NCBI GenBank assembly: GCA_018812925.1
Contig: JAHJCU010000004.1
Location: forward strand, 244,289-308,288
From: Candidatus Omnitrophota bacterium
Lineage (GTDB): Bacteria > CAIJMQ01
Reading direction: 5' to 3'
DNA length: 64,000 nucleotides
Of the stretch, positions 40,256-48,639 are shown one piece after another. The first letter of the stretch is position 1; each line of letters opens with the position of its first letter. The notes under the pieces were generated by a model. It had not been told where the DNA came from. It made no database searches and was given only the letters and a program-made list of their open reading frames with translations. A program made the position numbers and the translations under genes.

Positions 40256-40588
40256 TTACCTCCCTCGTGAATTGTTGGACATATCTCTGTTGTTTATCTT
40301 AAGTATCGAAAACTTGCTTTCTAAATACTTGTCAAACGGAACCCCACTAAGCACTGCTCCAATGATCCAGCCATATAGAGTACCTGTGAAACCATATTTC
40401 ATGCCACCAAGATACGCCAAGGGAATGCCCGCAAAACAACACCCTAAAAACAACAGTGGCCAGTAGAACCAGTGATGTTTGCCAATAAGCCCTGTATGGC
40501 AAAGTGGACACGGAAATCGTCCGAAAGGAGCCTTGACATACCGCTTCCATGTCAACAGAAAATCACCATTGCATTGTGGGCATTTCAT
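40256..40588 (-). CDS. Small membrane protein with CxxC...CxxC zinc ribbon
   Basis: MKCPQC...CPLC, two TM segments; SD GAGG. Confidence 0.7.
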   Translation of the reverse strand: MKCPQCNGDFLLTWKRYVKAPFGRFPCPLCHTGLIGKHHWFYWPLLFLGCCFAGIPLAYLGGMKYGFTGTLYGWIIGAVLSGVPFDKYLESKFSILKINNRDMSNNSRGR

Positions 40589-40625
40589 ACAATAATCCTC
40601 TTTTCAATTACACAAAATCCTTTTT

Positions 40626-40644
40626 AAGATTTGGGACTGTTTTT
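40626..40644. repeat. Cassette junction motif Y
   Basis: Exact AAGATTTGGGACTGTTTTT. Confidence 0.85.
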
Positions 40645-40675
40645 ATTTTAAAAGGCACCATCCCTTTTATTTTAT

Positions 40676-41923
40676 TTAAATAAAAAATAATGGCATAAAT
40701 AAGACGTTCCTTTTTTTGTCAAAAGCAAAATAATTTTCGGAAAGAACAACCATTTTATTCGGCGAATACTTTTCTTTAAAACTAAGTAAAGCTCTGCCGG
40801 TTTTATTGGAATGTAAAGTCGATTTTACCTCTACAGCAGTAATTTGCCCGCGTCTTTCCAATATAAAATCAATTTCCGCATTGGATTTTGTCCGCCAGTA
40901 ATTAATATTATCTTCTTCTTTTAATAATTGGCTCGCTACAAAATTCTCATTTAACTTACCTCTGTCAGTCCTTTGAACTAACTCCTGAAAATTATCTATC
41001 GCAACGTTTCGAAATCCGTTGTCACAAAAATAGACCTTAGGCGATTTGGCAATTTCAACCCTTTTATTTCTATAAAAAGGCATAACTTTTTTTATCAGAA
41101 AGGTCTTTTCCAAAATATTAATATGTTCCAATAGCTTTTTATAATTAAGAGAAGTAATCTGACTTAATTCATTATATACAACCAAAGAACCAGTCTGCAG
41201 AGCCAACGCTTTTATAAGCTTCTGCAATTCCAATTCTGTGCTTAATTGGAGTATATCTCTTATTTCCCTTAACAGATATATATTGTAGATATTTTTCAAT
41301 ACGGTGATTTTTTCTTCTTTGCCATCGGCAATCGCAACTCTGGGATAACCGCCATATATCACATATTCATAATAATATTTGCTTATTTCCTGTATTACTG
41401 CATCGGATACTAGAGGAGGTGTTTTTCTCTTATCCGCAAAATAATTATCTATTTTTTCTTTAACTTCCAAATAGAGATTTTCATAAAGCGCGGGGTTTCT
41501 AAAACTTAAAAATTCCTTAAAACTAAAAGGATAGAGTTGGAATGTAAAAATTCTGCCTACAAGATATTTAAGCGCTTGATTAGTTAAATCCAAAACAGAA
41601 GAACCGGAAATAATAATTTTTGTCTTATGAGTATCGTAAAGATATTTTAATTTCTGTCCGCCTTCTTTTGCATATTGGAATTCATCTATAAACAGATATT
41701 CGGCACCTTTTACATGCAGGTTATAAAATGTCTTAATATCATCATTAAACAAATTAAGAGTATCTCTGTCTTCAAAATCAATATATTTTGCTTTCTTAAG
41801 CGGTTTTGCTATTTGCTTTAAAAGCGTGGTTTTGCCCGATTGACGAGGACCAATAACCGCAAGAATTTCGGGTTTATTCAAATACGACTTGATTTTGTCC
41901 TCTAATTCCCTTTTGATATACAT
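40676..41923 (-). CDS. AAA_14 ATPase with DUF4143 C-terminal domain
   Basis: GPRQSGKT, FIDEFQ, SGSS, GGYP, PKVYF.D.G, EN.V, EIDF...EVKS. Confidence 0.9.
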   Translation of the reverse strand: MYIKRELEDKIKSYLNKPEILAVIGPRQSGKTTLLKQIAKPLKKAKYIDFEDRDTLNLFNDDIKTFYNLHVKGAEYLFIDEFQYAKEGGQKLKYLYDTHKTKIIISGSSVLDLTNQALKYLVGRIFTFQLYPFSFKEFLSFRNPALYENLYLEVKEKIDNYFADKRKTPPLVSDAVIQEISKYYYEYVIYGGYPRVAIADGKEEKITVLKNIYNIYLLREIRDILQLSTELELQKLIKALALQTGSLVVYNELSQITSLNYKKLLEHINILEKTFLIKKVMPFYRNKRVEIAKSPKVYFCDNGFRNVAIDNFQELVQRTDRGKLNENFVASQLLKEEDNINYWRTKSNAEIDFILERRGQITAVEVKSTLHSNKTGRALLSFKEKYSPNKMVVLSENYFAFDKKRNVLFMPLFFI

Positions 41924-41956
41924 AATTTTACCCCTGCTATTCTTTACTTTTGTTAA

Positions 41957-41984
41957 ATTATAGCAGGTTTATTTTTAATGTCAA
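41957..41984 (-). promoter_or_regulatory. Promoter carried inside the AAA_14 unit
   Basis: TTGACA, 16 nt, TATAAT with TGn. Confidence 0.7.
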
Positions 41985-42011
41985 GGGATGAATTTCAAAA
42001 GATGAAGAGTT

Positions 42012-42152
42012 AAGATTTGGGACTGTTTTTCGAAGTCCCCCTATTGGGGGACGAAGCCCCCATCGCCAGTTTTGCGAGCGGAGCGAGTGAAACTATGCAC
42101 TGTCCCCACTGCTAGTTTTGCGGAAGCAAAACTGTGGGGAGGGGTATACCCC
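42012..42152. repeat. Motif Y followed by CGAAG-hairpin repeats (family B)
   Basis: Y at 42012-42030; CGAAGTCCCCC-TATT-GGGGGA-CGAAGCCCCCATCGCCAGTTTTGCG...; near-identical to 42738-42823. Confidence 0.85.
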
Positions 42153-42155
42153 TTT

Positions 42156-42698
42156 TTATTTCTTATCAACAGATTTATAATAAGCATTGGTGATTTTAAT
42201 TTCGTAATGGTCAAATTTGGGAATTGGCGCTTTATCACAGCCACTACAATCTACTACAAAATTCTCTTCCTCGCCAGGACGAAGGGTCCCTCTAATATAT
42301 TCAGAACATTCGTATACAAATTTCCCTTCTTTATCGAATAGTTCAACTTCAATATTAATTGAACCCCATGCATCGCTACCCGTATTAGCAACAACTCCAA
42401 CCACATTGAAGCTGTCTTCTGTTGGGAACCATTCGTGATGAGATTTGATTATCAGTCCTGAATCCTGACTAAAGTCTCTATACGTATAATCAAAACTTTT
42501 CTCAACCTTCTTCCCTATAAAATATATAGCTGTAAACATAATTGCAATGAATAAAAAACCATAAATGAAACCGGAGAGAGGATGATGTATAAAAACTGAA
42601 AACTTTGTCTGCCAATGATGGCAATGCGGACACCTTTTGGCACGACTATCAATCTGCTGATAACAAGACTTGCACTCCTTCATTTGTTTTTCATCCAT
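42156..42698 (-). CDS. Zinc-ribbon, TM, FxLYD-like domain protein
   Basis: CKSC...CPHC, one TM, VVG.V.N.G...VELFDKEG...L.PGE...F. Confidence 0.8.
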   Translation of the reverse strand: MDEKQMKECKSCYQQIDSRAKRCPHCHHWQTKFSVFIHHPLSGFIYGFLFIAIMFTAIYFIGKKVEKSFDYTYRDFSQDSGLIIKSHHEWFPTEDSFNVVGVVANTGSDAWGSINIEVELFDKEGKFVYECSEYIRGTLRPGEEENFVVDCSGCDKAPIPKFDHYEIKITNAYYKSVDKK

Positions 42699-42737
42699 TT
42701 TCCCCTCCTTTTAATTTTTAAGAATATAGCATAGATT

Positions 42738-42856
42738 AAGATTTGGGACTGTTTTTCGAAGTCCCCCTATTTGGGGGACGAAGCCCCCATCGCTAGTTTT
42801 ACGAGCGGAGCGAGTGAAACTATGGGGGTACTCTTCTGTCATTGCAAAACCTGACC
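42738..42856. repeat. Motif Y, family B hairpins and motif X
   Basis: Y 42738-42756; X variant TGTCATTGCAAAACCTGACC 42837-42856. Confidence 0.85.
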
Positions 42857-42880
42857 ATATTTATTCGGTATTTCTTCATT

Positions 42881-44395
42881 CTAAAATTCGAATTGTTTTC
42901 CTTTTACTGCCGGAGCCCTTTTTAATACTTCTATTGAGTGTGAAGTAGGAATATTTAGTCTTGCGCCATTTAGCACTTCTTCAATTGTAACAATATTTAC
43001 AACAGGATATTTTGTCCCAGTTAAGTTATAAGCATAAGAACCTGCACTTTTAGATTCTGCAACCATAGGTTTTGTTGGAGATTCTAATGTTAAAAATATA
43101 CCCATAACTGCATCTTCCCTTCTCATGGCGCCTTCTAAATCTCTTATATCTCCCGATTTTATTTGTTCACCCGATTTAACCGAGAAAAGTATTTTTTTAT
43201 AAACATCCTTATCTTTTAATCTATCATCTAAAATAAAAGCAGTCCCATCTATACCCTTATCTGCCCCCTTCTTTTCGTTAATTATTGCTCTATTGTTTGT
43301 ATAAGTTAATACAGCCCATTTTTCAAATTCTTTTCTTAATCTGTCATCTTTTTTGTTTGCTAAAGCCCTTGCTGATTCTATGTCTTTAGGTATCCCATCT
43401 AAATGAATTTTATTCAAAACATCTTTACCAAAACTATCTTCAAGCCGTCTTAAAATAACACTGATACTTTGATAGGTAATATCAATTCCAACCCATCTTC
43501 TCTTTAATTTTTCTGCGACTGCAATAGAAGTTCCACATCCACAATAAGCATCTAAAATTATATTCCCTTCATTGCTACTTGCTTTGATTATTTGTTCTAA
43601 TAACTTTTCTGGCTTCTGTGTCGGATAACCTTGTCGTTCATTTCCAATTGGCGATATTTGAGGAATTATCCATACATCATTCATTTTTGTCCCATCTTCA
43701 TTAAAATAAACTTTGTATGGCGTTATATTCTTACCCTTTTTCCAGTAAAATTTCTTTCCATCTTCATCGTGTTCCCACGGATGGTTTTTAAGATTTGTTT
43801 CCTGATATGGTTGAAAAAGTGTATTAAATATAAAATCGTTTGTTTTTGAATATCTGAAAATAATGTCGTGCATTGTTTGAAAATCCCTACTCACGCCAGT
43901 ATATCTTCTATAATGCCAAATGAGTTCATTTCTAAAATCTCCCCCTTTAGGGCAAAATATTGCATCCAAAATTAACTTTAAATAATGACTTGCAGTAGGG
44001 TCGCAATGAAGATAAAAACTTCCTGTTGGTTTTAAAACTCTCTGAATTTCTGCAATTCGCAAAGTCATACTAACTAAATAAGCTAATAAACTTCCCTTAC
44101 CTAAGACTTTTGACAATCCCAATATTAAGTCAATGCTTTGTACAGTAAAAACTCCATTGTAATTTTCTGTTATTTGTTTAAGACCTTCATTCGCTTTATC
44201 GTCCCATTCCCAAGTATCAATAAATGCCTGTGCCTGTGCTTTGTCTTCCTCGCCCTTATTAAGATAAATTTGATTGTAAGTTCTTTTTGAATTAAAGGGA
44301 GGGTCAATGTAGCATAGGTCAATACTATTATCTTTAATCTTTTTCCTGAGTATTTCTAAATTATCGCCATAATAAAGTTTATTTTTGAATTCCAT
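42881..44395 (-). CDS. Beta-class N6A/N4C DNA methyltransferase with C-terminal Mrr-like endonuclease domain
   Basis: DPPF precedes YPTQKP and DAYCGCGT; C-terminal DKGIDG...SVKSG. Confidence 0.88.
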   Translation of the reverse strand: MEFKNKLYYGDNLEILRKKIKDNSIDLCYIDPPFNSKRTYNQIYLNKGEEDKAQAQAFIDTWEWDDKANEGLKQITENYNGVFTVQSIDLILGLSKVLGKGSLLAYLVSMTLRIAEIQRVLKPTGSFYLHCDPTASHYLKLILDAIFCPKGGDFRNELIWHYRRYTGVSRDFQTMHDIIFRYSKTNDFIFNTLFQPYQETNLKNHPWEHDEDGKKFYWKKGKNITPYKVYFNEDGTKMNDVWIIPQISPIGNERQGYPTQKPEKLLEQIIKASSNEGNIILDAYCGCGTSIAVAEKLKRRWVGIDITYQSISVILRRLEDSFGKDVLNKIHLDGIPKDIESARALANKKDDRLRKEFEKWAVLTYTNNRAIINEKKGADKGIDGTAFILDDRLKDKDVYKKILFSVKSGEQIKSGDIRDLEGAMRREDAVMGIFLTLESPTKPMVAESKSAGSYAYNLTGTKYPVVNIVTIEEVLNGARLNIPTSHSIEVLKRAPAVKGKQFEF

Positions 44396-44438
44396 TAATC
44401 CCTCCTTTTCTGTCCTTTAATTTTATTCATTAAATATA

Positions 44439-44585
44439 GTGAAAGGCTTAAGTAGCAGGTCACAACCATTGTCGGTTATAATTGTCTACACCTTGTTGTA
44501 TTTCGCCTATTAAAATTTCCCTTGGAATCTAAAAATACACCAAAGCAGGGGATAGCGCCTGCTATTCCTTTGCCAAGCCTTTCAC
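44439..44585. promoter_or_regulatory. Closed 147-nt stem-loop structure upstream of the MTase
   Basis: GTGAAAGGCTT/AAGCCTTTCAC 11-bp and TAGCAGG/CCTGCTA 7-bp nested inverted repeats. Confidence 0.55.
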
Positions 44586-44667
44586 AAAACACAACCCTTC
44601 TAGATCCCTTTAACAAGATTATCCAAAGACCCTGAGGAACAATCTCAGGGTTTTCTCTGGGTCTTAA

Positions 44668-44718
44668 TTATGGGAAGGCATGGGTATGCTTCGTTAAAAA
44701 AGCACTTATGTGCTTCAT
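44668..44718 (-). CDS. Putative 16-aa leader peptide MKHISAFLTKHTHAFP
   Basis: SD AAAGGAGGT 5 nt upstream; followed by terminator-like hairpin 44627-44664. Confidence 0.45.
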   Translation of the reverse strand: MKHISAFLTKHTHAFP

Positions 44719-44775
44719 AGCATACCTCCTTTCGGATTGTATCGTTATTAAAACTACTCTTTCAGAGAACGTATG

Positions 44776-44810
44776 TGTATAATATAATCTCTTAAACAAT
44801 AATAATCAAC
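44776..44810 (+). repeat. 35-bp direct repeat, copy 1 (contains TGTATAAT)
   Basis: 33/35 identical to 47822-47856. Confidence 0.9.
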
Positions 44811-44921
44811 AAAGATGTTATTGCGAGGTCCGATGACTTTGAAAAGAGCGAGCACCGGACTTCTTCTAACAGTATCTTAAATGCGAAATTTTTACTATAA
44901 TCGCTGATAGGTCTCATAAAA

Positions 44922-46151
44922 ATGGAAAAAGAAATTCTAAAATTCTGGCTGATGCCCAATTCGGGCTTTGAAACCGCAGAGATAATCGATACGGAAATTA
45001 AAGAGTTCACAAAAAAGAATCCATCCGTTGACGTTCAATACGATATTATTCCTTGGGCGCGCGCTTGGGAAAGGATTGTAGAGCACATTAAAAATAAATC
45101 CTGCCCCGATGTTATCCAAATAGGCAATTCGTGGAGCGGAACGCTTTCCATGTTTAAATCTTTTGCCGATATTTCAAAATATAAAAAAGAAATAGTAAAA
45201 AAGAATTTTTTGTTTGATGTTGTCGGCTCTTCTCCGCTGACGAGTAATGACGGCAACAACTGCCTTCCGTGGTTCGCTGATATACGCATTTTATATTATC
45301 GAAAAGATATTTTAGAGAAATACCATATCCCCACAGAATGGCTGGATACATGGGAAGGAATTGTTCGTGTTTGCGAGAAACTAAAAAAAATAGACGAACA
45401 AGGTATATCCCCAATTGGAGTTTCGGGACAATTTGAACAGACACTTGTCCAAGATATTGCCTGCTGGATATGGAACGCGGGCGGAGATTTCTTTTCTAGA
45501 GACAAGGGGAAAATCTTAATAAATCAAAAAGAGTCAATCAACGGCATGGAGTTTTATTTTGACTTAATTAACAACTATTCTTCTAAGGAAGCTCTGTTTA
45601 AAAACTACAGCTATGTCGCAGACAACTTTTTCTTAAGGGATAAATATGCGCTGTATTTCTCGAGTCCGTGGCACCTCGTGACCTTCCTGAGCAAAAACAA
45701 TCCGCATTTCAGTAAAAAGTTGCACAAAAAGATAGGCATAGCTTTATTTCCTAAGAGCACTCTTCAGAGAACTACTTTTCGCGGAGGTAGCGACCTTGCT
45801 ATTATGAGGTCTACTTCTATGTTTAAGGAATCTCTTGAATTGATTAAATTTCTGGTTTCCAGACAGTCCCAGGCAAGATATTGTAAGAATATCGGAATGC
45901 TCCCGTCAAATATGAAAGCTTTTGAATCAATATATATACAAAATACAACTCAGAAGAAAATACTAAAAGAATCCTATAAAATAGGTAGGGGATTCCCTAA
46001 TCATTTATACTGGGGCAGCATGGAAATAATTGTGGCGCGGTCTTTCTCCAAAATAATGAAGAAAATTGCGGAGAACAGATACAACCATAATATTTTAAAG
46101 AAAGAGATTGACTATCTTGCGGAACAGATGGAATACGTAATAAATTTATAA
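44922..46151 (+). CDS. Sugar-binding-protein (SBP family 1) homologue without signal peptide
   Basis: F...NP.V.V.Y..IPW, PDVIQIG, LPW..D.R.LYYRKD, TWE, GG..L.I; no hydrophobic N-terminus. Confidence 0.85.
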   Translation: MEKEILKFWLMPNSGFETAEIIDTEIKEFTKKNPSVDVQYDIIPWARAWERIVEHIKNKSCPDVIQIGNSWSGTLSMFKSFADISKYKKEIVKKNFLFDVVGSSPLTSNDGNNCLPWFADIRILYYRKDILEKYHIPTEWLDTWEGIVRVCEKLKKIDEQGISPIGVSGQFEQTLVQDIACWIWNAGGDFFSRDKGKILINQKESINGMEFYFDLINNYSSKEALFKNYSYVADNFFLRDKYALYFSSPWHLVTFLSKNNPHFSKKLHKKIGIALFPKSTLQRTTFRGGSDLAIMRSTSMFKESLELIKFLVSRQSQARYCKNIGMLPSNMKAFESIYIQNTTQKKILKESYKIGRGFPNHLYWGSMEIIVARSFSKIMKKIAENRYNHNILKKEIDYLAEQMEYVINL

Positions 46152-46160
46152 AAAGTATTC

Positions 46161-47627
46161 ATGATTAAAATAAAGAGAATAAAAGAGATTCTGCGGATTA
46201 ACAGGCACTTGAAAGCATTAAATCGAATCAGCCAGAGTTTCCATTTTCTCAACGATATAAAAATACCATTGAAGATGGTTATAGAAAATATCTTAAAAGA
46301 GATGAAACTTGATGAAACCACAATACTTTTATACAAGAAAGAAAGCAAAGCTCTCTACTCTATTTTATTTGCTACCGAAAGAGGCATTCAAGAAGGAGAA
46401 GAATTTATACTGATAGAGCCAAACGACTTTTTTGCTTCTCTTTTATCTAATGAAACAAAATATAAGTATTTGCCGAAAGAGTTTACCCTCTATATCCCGA
46501 TAAAGTATAGAAATTTGCCTATTGGTATTCTGCGGGCAAGAAACGACACATCAAAAAGACCGATTAATAAGAAATATATCCAACTTCTGGTTGATTACAC
46601 AAATATAATTGCATCAGGGATATATGATGTCAACAGGTCTTCTGAAAATCAGAAGTTTCTAAATAAGTTAGTGGCGTTATCAAACATCACTATATCAGCC
46701 ATCAGCACTCTGGAGAAAAAAAGAATATTGGGCATTATTTTAAAAGATATTGTTATGAGTCTCGGATTTGACAGGGTAAAACTTTATCTTATGAATGACA
46801 AAGGGGACTCATTAAACGGAGTTATGTCATTTGATATAAGGGGAAGAATAAAAATCATAAAAAATGAGAAATATCCTATCGGCAAGGGAACAAACAGGTT
46901 TTATAACGAGTTAATTGCGCGGCAAAAAAGAATGTTTAAATTAAATAAAGATATTTTTGGGCTAGTTAAAGTTTTCCCTATGAAAGTTAAAAACCAGATT
47001 ATTGGATTTATGGAAGTGGACAATATTTTCAGTCGTCAGATTATCAGCAAGGAAGACATAGATCATCTTAAATTATTCATCAATCAGACGAGCATTGCAA
47101 TAGAAAACGCCCGCCTTTACAACAGGGTAACGGAACTTTCAATAAAAGATGAACTTTCGGGTCTTTATAATGCCCGCCATTTCTATCAGCAATTAGAAAA
47201 TGAACTGGCAAGGATAGAAAGATACCAAAACCCTCTTGCTATAATTATGATAGATATCGACTACTTCAAAAAATACAACGATAATTACGGACATCTGACA
47301 GGCGACAATATTATAAGGGATATCGGTGAAATAATTTCCAACAGCGTGCGAACAATTGATATCCCGGCGCGTTACGGCGGGGACGAATTCATAGTACTAT
47401 TAGTTAACTGTTCGCTTGACCAGGCGGTTAAAGTCGCCCAAAGAATTAAAAGGGGAGTTGACAATAGCAATTTTACGTTTAAAGGAAAAAAATTAAAGAT
47501 TACAGTAAGTATGGGAGTAGCAGTCCATCCCCCCAGAAAAATATCAGGTAAGGAACTTGTGAAATTAGCAGACAGTTCTCTTTATAAAGCAAAACAGGCA
47601 GGAAGAAACAAAATCTACCCGAGTTAG
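46161..47627 (+). CDS. GAF-GAF-GGDEF diguanylate cyclase
   Basis: DIDYFK.YND.YGH..GD, RTID (RxxD I-site), RYGGDEF, AD..LY.AK..GRN. Confidence 0.93.
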   Translation: MIKIKRIKEILRINRHLKALNRISQSFHFLNDIKIPLKMVIENILKEMKLDETTILLYKKESKALYSILFATERGIQEGEEFILIEPNDFFASLLSNETKYKYLPKEFTLYIPIKYRNLPIGILRARNDTSKRPINKKYIQLLVDYTNIIASGIYDVNRSSENQKFLNKLVALSNITISAISTLEKKRILGIILKDIVMSLGFDRVKLYLMNDKGDSLNGVMSFDIRGRIKIIKNEKYPIGKGTNRFYNELIARQKRMFKLNKDIFGLVKVFPMKVKNQIIGFMEVDNIFSRQIISKEDIDHLKLFINQTSIAIENARLYNRVTELSIKDELSGLYNARHFYQQLENELARIERYQNPLAIIMIDIDYFKKYNDNYGHLTGDNIIRDIGEIISNSVRTIDIPARYGGDEFIVLLVNCSLDQAVKVAQRIKRGVDNSNFTFKGKKLKITVSMGVAVHPPRKISGKELVKLADSSLYKAKQAGRNKIYPS

Positions 47628-47688
47628 AAATTCCACAAAAGCCCCCATTACCAGTCTCGCCATTATATCTTTGGTAGACTGTGGGGGA

Positions 47689-47754
47689 GTGTCATTGCAA
47701 GACCCGAAGTCCCCATTGCCAGTTTTGCGAACGCAAAACTATGGGGATGACCCC
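47689..47754. repeat. Motif X split by a 43-bp family B hairpin
   Basis: GTGTCATTGCAAGACC | 47705-47747 insert | TGACCCC. Confidence 0.8.
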
Positions 47755-47821
47755 ATTTTTAGGCTATTTCTTATCGCCATTTTTTAGGTTCTCATATCCA
47801 ACAACTATACGGCAATTTTCC

Positions 47822-47856
47822 TGTATAATATAGCCTCTTAAACAATAATAATCAAC
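47822..47856 (+). promoter_or_regulatory. cmk promoter/leader; direct repeat copy 2
   Basis: TGTATAAT...AATCAAC followed by SD AAGGAG and ATG 47868. Confidence 0.8.
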
Positions 47857-47867
47857 TAAGGAGAGCA

Positions 47868-48536
47868 ATGAAAAAGAACACTATTATCACGATTGACGGG
47901 CCTGCTGGAGCGGGAAAGACAACTATTGCAAAAGAGGTTGCAAAACGCTTAGGATTTTTATATTTAGATACGGGAGCGATGTATAGGGCGCTCACTTTGA
48001 AGGCGCTAACAGAAGGTATAACGGTTGAAGAGGAAGAGAAACTTGTGGAAATGGTGAAGGAAACTATTTTAATAGCGAAGAAAGATGATAAGAAGGGAAT
48101 GAGGATATGGGTGGACGGAGAAGAAGTGACTGACAAGATACGAACCGAAGAGGTAACGAATAACATCTGGTGGGTGTGTAGAGTAAAAGATGTGCGGAAG
48201 AAGATGAAGAAGCTTCAGAGGGAAATCGGTTCAAGTGGCGGAATTGTTGTGGAAGGCAGAGATATCGGCACGGTTGTATTCCCCAAGGCACCTTTCAAAT
48301 TTTATCTGGATGCTTCTATTGATGAGCGGGCAAAAAGAAGATGGCTTGAACAAACTAATAAAGGAATACAAAGCGACCTTGAAAAAATTAAGCAGGATAT
48401 AAAAGAAAGAGATAATAAAGATTTCACAAGAGAAATTGCGCCCTTAAAAAAAGCAGAAGATGCTATTTCGGTGGATACGACGGGGCTCTCTATCGAAGAT
48501 GTAGTAGGGAAAATTATCGAGCAAGTAAGTCAATGA
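47868..48536 (+). CDS. cmk: Cytidylate kinase
   Basis: IDGPAGAGKT, LDTGAMYRA, EGRDIGTVV, RD..D..R..APL. Confidence 0.96.
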   Translation: MKKNTIITIDGPAGAGKTTIAKEVAKRLGFLYLDTGAMYRALTLKALTEGITVEEEEKLVEMVKETILIAKKDDKKGMRIWVDGEEVTDKIRTEEVTNNIWWVCRVKDVRKKMKKLQREIGSSGGIVVEGRDIGTVVFPKAPFKFYLDASIDERAKRRWLEQTNKGIQSDLEKIKQDIKERDNKDFTREIAPLKKAEDAISVDTTGLSIEDVVGKIIEQVSQ

Positions 48537-48548
48537 CAATCAAAAAAA

Positions 48549-48628
48549 CGGTTATCGTAAAGATAAAACGGTTTGCGGTTTGCGTTAAAAATTATTTACG
48601 AAAACCGATAACCTATAACCGAAAACCG
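48549..48628 (+). repeat. CGGTT/AACCG repeat element, empty copy
   Basis: 26-nt core CGGTTATCGTAAAGATAAAACGGTTT identical in three copies. Confidence 0.9.
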
Positions 48629-48639
48629 ATTTATTTAAA

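Noticed and set aside
42041..42341. ORFs 42041-42244 and 42072-42341
   Set aside because: They read through palindromic repeats and overlap the FxLYD-like gene.
40207..42856. CRISPR array from the repeated 19-mers
   Set aside because: Copies are 0.4-1.4 kb apart and separated by whole genes; no cas genes in the window.
37600..44395. Canonical integron
   Set aside because: No intI-like recombinase and no paired RYYYAAC/GTTRRRY attC sites at the junctions.
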